From contig JAIXPZ010000083.1 of NCBI GenBank assembly GCA_027486005.1, forward strand, positions 1,192 to 65,191: a stretch of DNA of 64,000 bases, in the 5' to 3' direction. This DNA comes from Legionellales bacterium. GTDB lineage: Bacteria > Pseudomonadota > Gammaproteobacteria > JAGOUN01. The position numbers were made by a program, and so were the translations under genes. The first letter of the stretch is position 1, and each line of letters starts with the position of its first letter. The notes beneath the pieces were generated by a model, which was given only the letters and a program-made list of their open reading frames with translations, was not told where the DNA came from and did not search any database. This document shows, piece by piece, positions 59,018 to 64,000 of this stretch.

Positions 59018-60147
59018 TGAGCGCATATCATATTAAAGATAAAAAAGTTGAAGAAAAATCTGTATTTAGTAAAGCGTCTAAGGTGACTAAAGAGCAGTCC
59101 TGGATGTCTAAACGTATGTTACCATTTTTAATGGGGGGAGTGGGTTTAGTATTAATTGGAATTATTTTTCGTGAACACCATAAAGAAGTTAAAAAACAAG
59201 AAGAAACTAAACAGCATAAAATTGAAATAGCCAGCTCATTATTAAAAAAACGTTTAGAAGCATTAAAAGATATTCCCCTTCAGGCATCCTTGTCTGCGGT
59301 GCAACCTAAAATCGAAAATGTAAATAATACATCGGCTTATTCTAAAGAAATTGTTGCGAGAATGAATGCTCCAACTTCGCTTTATGAAGGAGGTAGGAAT
59401 GCTTCTTTTTCTCAAGCAGATGGTATTGCAGCAAATTATGCAAAACCATCAGTTGATGGTGCTGTCCCTGAAGCAACTTTTATTGGTAAAGGAGCTGATC
59501 AAACCTTTGGTAATACTACGTATCAAACGACAAGTGTTGATGCTAAGCAAGTGCCTCATCCTGAATATACGATTGTTTCCGGGGAAATGCTACACGCTGT
59601 ATTAAATGTTGCCATGAATTCTGATTTGCCTGGAATGGTTACTGCAACTGTCACGTCACCTGCGTATGCTTATACGCAAAATAGAGAATTAATTCCTAAA
59701 GGTAGTCGACTAATCGGTCAATATTCTTCTGCTGTATTACAAGGGCAGTCACGAGTTTTCATTATGTGGAATAGGTTGGTTCTTCCTGATGGTGTTTCAG
59801 TGGATATCAATAGCCCAGATACAGATCAAATTGGCCAATCTGGAGAGCCGGCGGATTACATTAATCGACATTTCTGGTCACGTTTTGGAGAAGCTGTCTT
59901 GTTATCTATTTTGGGAGCCGGTGTTGCAAATGTTGACGTGCAGTCAAGTGATCAATATAACTCTGCTCAAGCTTATCGTATGGCGATAGCAGATTCACTA
60001 CAACAATCTGCCTCAGGGACTTTAGAGCAGACGATTTCACTAAAACCAACTTTAGTGCGATATCAAGGTGCGAATATTAATGTGTTTATTGCCCATGATT
60101 TAAGTTTTTATAATTTATATCAACAACAAGGTAAGGTGCTTGCATGA
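59017..60147 (+). CDS. virB10: Type IV secretion core protein VirB10
   Basis: N-terminal TM. C-terminal 'SDLPGMVTATVTS...LIPKGSRLIGQYSS...GQSRVFIMWNRLVLPDG'. Confidence 0.9.
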   Translation: MSAYHIKDKKVEEKSVFSKASKVTKEQSWMSKRMLPFLMGGVGLVLIGIIFREHHKEVKKQEETKQHKIEIASSLLKKRLEALKDIPLQASLSAVQPKIENVNNTSAYSKEIVARMNAPTSLYEGGRNASFSQADGIAANYAKPSVDGAVPEATFIGKGADQTFGNTTYQTTSVDAKQVPHPEYTIVSGEMLHAVLNVAMNSDLPGMVTATVTSPAYAYTQNRELIPKGSRLIGQYSSAVLQGQSRVFIMWNRLVLPDGVSVDINSPDTDQIGQSGEPADYINRHFWSRFGEAVLLSILGAGVANVDVQSSDQYNSAQAYRMAIADSLQQSASGTLEQTISLKPTLVRYQGANINVFIAHDLSFYNLYQQQGKVLA

Positions 60148-61148
60148 TCTCGAGATTTTCACCTGGTGCAATGGGTATGCTTGCGCCGATACAAGCATTA
60201 TTAGATGATGATCAAATTTCTGAAATTCTTATTAATCGACCTCAGGAAGTCTTTTTTGAAAAATCAGGGAAGTTAAAAGCTTTTGCAGTACCAGAATTAA
60301 CCGAAAGACACTTGTCCCATATTTTTCAGTTAATTGCGAGTGAGAATGAACAGATTTTTGATGAAGAACATCCTTTGTTATCGGCTAGTTTAAGTGACGG
60401 TTCTCGGGTACAGCTTGTGCTTCCGCCAACTTCAGTTTTTCCCACTTTATCAATTCGTCGAAAAATAGTTAAAAATTTTGTTCTTGAAGATTATGAAAAG
60501 ACTGATTTCTTTAATCATGCCAAAGGATTCTCTTTTAAAGAATCTTTGGAGGATTTGCCAGAAGAAGAGCGATCTCTTTTTCAACTCTATCATGATAATA
60601 ATTGGCTCGAATTCATTAAAAAAGCGATTAGCATTAAAAAAACTATCGTAATTTCTGGGGGAACTTCTACTGGTAAAACTACATTTTTAAACGCCTGTTT
60701 GAATTATATTGATCACGAACAGAGAATAATTATTCTTGAAGATACTCGAGAAATAGATATTTCTCATCCTAATAAAGTTCAATTGCTTGCTTCAAAAGGT
60801 GGTCAAAGTAAAGCGAAAGTGGCCATGCAAGATTTAGTGCAGTGTTGTCTACGTTTAAGGCCAGATAGAATTATCTGTGGAGAAATTCGCGGCAAGGAAA
60901 TTCTTGATTTTTTAGCAGCAAGCTCGACTGGGCATGAAGGATCGATGACCAGTATTCATGCTAATAATCCAACGATCGCATTTATGCGGATGACACAAAT
61001 GTACAAATTAAACAATGTGCCTTCTATGACCGATGAAGATATATTGCGAGAATTAAAAGCGGTCATTGATGTGATTGTGCAAATCACAAAAAGCCCTAAA
61101 GGGCGGCATGTTCAAAGTGTGTATTATAAGTATGAACATTTAATGTAG
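60144..61148 (+). CDS. virB11: Type IV secretion ATPase VirB11
   Basis: Walker A 'GGTSTGKTT', 'RPDRIICGEIRG' and 'GHEGSMTSIHA'. Confidence 0.93.
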   Translation: MISRFSPGAMGMLAPIQALLDDDQISEILINRPQEVFFEKSGKLKAFAVPELTERHLSHIFQLIASENEQIFDEEHPLLSASLSDGSRVQLVLPPTSVFPTLSIRRKIVKNFVLEDYEKTDFFNHAKGFSFKESLEDLPEEERSLFQLYHDNNWLEFIKKAISIKKTIVISGGTSTGKTTFLNACLNYIDHEQRIIILEDTREIDISHPNKVQLLASKGGQSKAKVAMQDLVQCCLRLRPDRIICGEIRGKEILDFLAASSTGHEGSMTSIHANNPTIAFMRMTQMYKLNNVPSMTDEDILRELKAVIDVIVQITKSPKGRHVQSVYYKYEHLM

Positions 61149-61155
61149 TGGAATA

Positions 61156-61533
61156 ATGATGAAAGATAAAATAATAAACTTGATATTTTTTTGTATTGCG
61201 GGAGCTTTGTTAATCGCTTGCTCTCATGAAAATCCGTTAGATAAAAATGCATTAAGTCTTTCTGGAAAGTTTCTTTACCAATCAAGTCGTTATGCAGAAA
61301 AACTATTGAAAAGTGAGTTTAATAACGGATCTGATTATGGTAGATGCGTTGAGGGTGATTCAAAGTATTCCGATAAATATTGTCAATTAGTGTATGAATA
61401 TATCGTAGAATTTGCAAGAGCTCAAAATGGCTTATATAAAGACATTACAGTGCAAGATTTACTTGATGCCAATGCGTACTTTCAAGTGAAAGGATATTAT
61501 GATAATCAAGTTTACATAGGTGAAAAAACATAA
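61156..61533 (+). CDS. T4SS-associated lipoprotein, paralog 2 (125 aa)
   Basis: Lipobox 'LLIAC' followed by 'SHENP'. Shares 'YG.CV', 'C..(F/V)Y(D/E)Y(M/I).E(Y/F)A' and 'IT(I/V).DL.D' with paralog 1. Confidence 0.7.
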   Translation: MMKDKIINLIFFCIAGALLIACSHENPLDKNALSLSGKFLYQSSRYAEKLLKSEFNNGSDYGRCVEGDSKYSDKYCQLVYEYIVEFARAQNGLYKDITVQDLLDANAYFQVKGYYDNQVYIGEKT

Positions 61534-61672
61534 AAAATGGTTGATTTTTATTAGCAAAACTGAGATGTTTGCTTTTCTGTTCTTTCATAAACAGTATCCC
61601 TCCCTTATTTTATAGAAATATTTATATATTTTTTCAAAATCTATCCACTAAATTTTATTTGGAGATCTCTTC

Positions 61673-62047
61673 ATGCGTTTCTATGTTTCAGTTTTAATGA
61701 TTAGTACTTTTATGTTCACTCTAACTGGTTGCTCGACAATTTTTGGTAATAATGATCGGGTGGTTCATATTAATTCAGCGCCAAAAGGCGCTAAAGTAAC
61801 TGTTAATAATATGCCAATGGATGATACAACACCTACTGAAACAGTGGTAACCAATATGTGGGCTCCAACAGTTATCAAAATACAAAAACCAGGGTGTGCG
61901 CCAAAAACTGTGACTATTAATCCTGAATTCCAAAAAATCGGTGTTCTTAATATTTTAGTTCTACCGGGATTTATTGTTGATGCTATTACGGGTGATATGA
62001 TGAAAATACCTGAAAATCAACGTAACATTAATATGCGGTTATGTTAG
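61673..62047 (+). CDS. PEGA-domain lipoprotein
   Basis: Lipobox 'LTGCS'. 'VHINSAPKGAKVTVNN...TPTE' resembles the PEGA motif. Confidence 0.65.
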   Translation: MRFYVSVLMISTFMFTLTGCSTIFGNNDRVVHINSAPKGAKVTVNNMPMDDTTPTETVVTNMWAPTVIKIQKPGCAPKTVTINPEFQKIGVLNILVLPGFIVDAITGDMMKIPENQRNINMRLC

Positions 62048-62154
62048 CACCAGCGCGGCTGTTATTTTTATAGATGATAGTCGCTTCTTGGCAGGTTGCA
62101 TATAGCTTTGCAAGAGACTACGATAAGGCACTTCAGGAGTTAACGTGAGTTTCT

Positions 62155-63930
62155 ATGAAAATGGCCTTAATTGCTGTTGGTCTGTTTATGATGCTGATGT
62201 TTGCCGTTCTTGTTATAAAGGCCAATATATACAATCAGACCTCTTTTGTTCTTGAAGAAGCAACAATAGAGTCAGTTCATACGGCAATCAAAAAGCGCCA
62301 AATAACTTGCGAACAACTGGTCAGTGCTTATATTAGTAGAATTAAGGAATACAATCTTAGTGTCGGCAGTAAAGCGTCTATCAATGCCATTGCCAGAATT
62401 AATGTTAATGTACTTGATCAAGCAAGAGAGTTGGATAATAAATTAAAAAATGGTGAGGCAATGGGCCCACTTTTTTGCATCCCTGTCTTGCTAAAAGACA
62501 ATATTGATTCTTATGACTCTCCGTCGACGTCTAGCTCACTTTCTATGCTCGGAAATCAGCCAATACATGATGCGTTCTTAACTAAGAAACTTCGTGATGC
62601 TGGGGCCGTAATTTTTGGAAAAGGGACAATGGATGAATTTGCATCAGGTGTTTCTGGCATTAGTGGTGGGAGTGGTCGTACGGGTAATGTGTACGATACA
62701 TCAAAAAATTCTGGTGGATCAAGCAGTGGATCTGCAACAGCAGTGAGTGCAAACTTTGTGATGATTGGTATTGGCACCGATAATAATGGTTCAGTGAGAA
62801 TTCCTGCTGCCTTCAATGGAATTTTTGGGCTACGACCCACGGCCGGTCTAATTAGTCAGAATGGTATTTTTCCACGTGGAAATCTCAATGGAACAGCGGG
62901 GCCTCTCGCTAGGACAGCTGAAGACCTAGCGATTGTATTAGGTGTCATTGCTCAGCCTGATGTTAATGACAAAAAAACATTAAATATACCGCGTGAACAA
63001 TCTTATGCTACTTATTTGAATGAGAATGCTCTCAAAGGCAAACGAATAGGAGTTATTCATCATCTAGGAAAATTTGATACATTTAATGATATGCCTCAAG
63101 ATACGGCTTATATTTTTGAGCAGTCATTGGAAAAAATCCAAGCAATGGGGGTTATTATTCTTTCTGAAATTAATTTGCCAAAATTTAATTTTGAGTCAAG
63201 GTTAAATCAAGCAGGGGAGAAAGAAGATATCAACACATATCTTGCTTCGTATCCTGCAGTTAGAGAGGATTATTATGATATATGTGAATCTGAACGAACG
63301 CGAGTTTTTGGTAGCACGGTAGAATGCTTACAGTTTGTCAGAAGTCTTCCTAAAAAATATGGGCCTCAATACCAAGAAATGCTAACTATTTTCAAACAAA
63401 ATAAAATTTATATTGAAAGTGTTATGGATGAGCATCGTCTGGATGCTCTTCTTATTCCAATAAGCTCTACTGGTAGCGCAACTTATGTGAGTGCCGCAAT
63501 GCTGAATGAATCTTTGGCATCTAATGCTGGTCTTCCTGGCATTACGATTAACCTTGCTTATACTAATTCTGGTAGCTTACCTATCGGTGTTGAATTAATT
63601 GGTAAACAGTTTTCAGAAGGGAAATTAATAGGCATGGCTTATGCTTATGAAAAACATGTGCTGCATAGAAAACTGCCACAGATGCCAGAGAGAAATAAAG
63701 GATTAGAAAATTTGGATATTGCTCAGTATAATAATTTATTATCAAATATTGGTTATCATGCCTATATGAACGTACTTATAAAATGTAAGCCAGATAAATT
63801 TTCTCAATGCTTAACTCCAGAAATATTTCAAGGGATTGTCCAGGCTGAAATTAACCATGTAAATATTGCTTCTTCTGCAGTTAAAAAAGAGGTTGTTGGA
63901 CAGAGGAAAGCGTTATGTCAAACCAATTAA
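62155..63930 (+). CDS. Membrane-anchored amidase-signature (AS) family amidase
   Basis: N-terminal TM. Catalytic Lys in 'VLLKDN' and 'GGSSSGSATAV' plus 'GTDNNGSVRIPAA'; 591 aa. Confidence 0.88.
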   Translation: MKMALIAVGLFMMLMFAVLVIKANIYNQTSFVLEEATIESVHTAIKKRQITCEQLVSAYISRIKEYNLSVGSKASINAIARINVNVLDQARELDNKLKNGEAMGPLFCIPVLLKDNIDSYDSPSTSSSLSMLGNQPIHDAFLTKKLRDAGAVIFGKGTMDEFASGVSGISGGSGRTGNVYDTSKNSGGSSSGSATAVSANFVMIGIGTDNNGSVRIPAAFNGIFGLRPTAGLISQNGIFPRGNLNGTAGPLARTAEDLAIVLGVIAQPDVNDKKTLNIPREQSYATYLNENALKGKRIGVIHHLGKFDTFNDMPQDTAYIFEQSLEKIQAMGVIILSEINLPKFNFESRLNQAGEKEDINTYLASYPAVREDYYDICESERTRVFGSTVECLQFVRSLPKKYGPQYQEMLTIFKQNKIYIESVMDEHRLDALLIPISSTGSATYVSAAMLNESLASNAGLPGITINLAYTNSGSLPIGVELIGKQFSEGKLIGMAYAYEKHVLHRKLPQMPERNKGLENLDIAQYNNLLSNIGYHAYMNVLIKCKPDKFSQCLTPEIFQGIVQAEINHVNIASSAVKKEVVGQRKALCQTN

Positions 63931-64000
63931 ATATACAAGAAAACTCGCCATTACTTTGGTTAAGGTCTTTTCCAGAATTACAGCCAGATGACAACAAATA
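63915..64000 (+). CDS. Start of an unidentified ORF running off the window
   Basis: The ATG lies 16 nt inside the amidase 3' end, which suggests coupled translation. The frame stays open for 28 codons to the window edge. There is no functional evidence. Confidence 0.3.
   Translation, partial: MSNQLNIQENSPLLWLRSFPELQPDDNK

Overview
This 64-kb window is AT-rich (about 38-40% GC by eye) and looks like a gammaproteobacterial replicon. The gene content resembles Legionellales: a CpxRA-like pair, phhAB, an lvh-like VirB system and RsmY/Z-like RNAs. That placement is inference from gene content only; no searches were run.

Most of the window is ordinary, densely packed chromosome:
- ppiA/ppiB, a POT peptide transporter, a two-component system with an RND pump, and uspA.
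- A complete arginine deiminase operon (arcD-arcB-arcA-arcC).
- ttcA, a rhomboid protease, dksA, a ZIP transporter, hemL-rubredoxin-hemJ and tRNA-Arg(UCG).
- The rhodanese-grxC-secB-gpsA operon, typA, wrbA, the birA-PPTase-crcB operon and phhAB.

Several accessory or unusual elements are embedded in it:
1. A lipid-modification cluster (FAD oxidoreductase, DUF1365, CFA-synthase-like methyltransferase, DUF3833, SDR, desaturase).
2. A complete plasmid-type maintenance module directly next to that cluster: a Rep_3-like initiator, five iterons at about 21-22 bp phasing, an AT-rich tract, and divergent parA-parB plus a tandem ribbon-helix-helix gene.
3. Two gene-free gaps carrying minus-strand GGA-motif arrays. 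I interpret these as CsrA-titrating RsmY/Z-like sRNAs.
4. A decayed IS6-family structure bracketing a secreted polysaccharide-lyase-like gene.
5. Repeat elements: a 148-bp MITE-like inverted repeat, a duplicated 35-nt hairpin, and REP-like palindromes flanking an orphan ATPase.
6. A lysine-rich histone-H1-like protein, a fused double deoxynucleoside kinase, and an EamA transporter gene broken by one in-frame stop.
7. An 11-gene VirB-type type IV secretion locus (virB2-3-4-5-7-X-6-8-9-10-11). virB7 sits ahead of virB6, and no virB1, virD4 or relaxase is visible. Two paralogous lipoprotein genes lie within and just after the locus, followed by a PEGA lipoprotein and a membrane-anchored amidase.

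All calls rest on reading the supplied translations and the DNA by eye. Start codons are approximate where noted.
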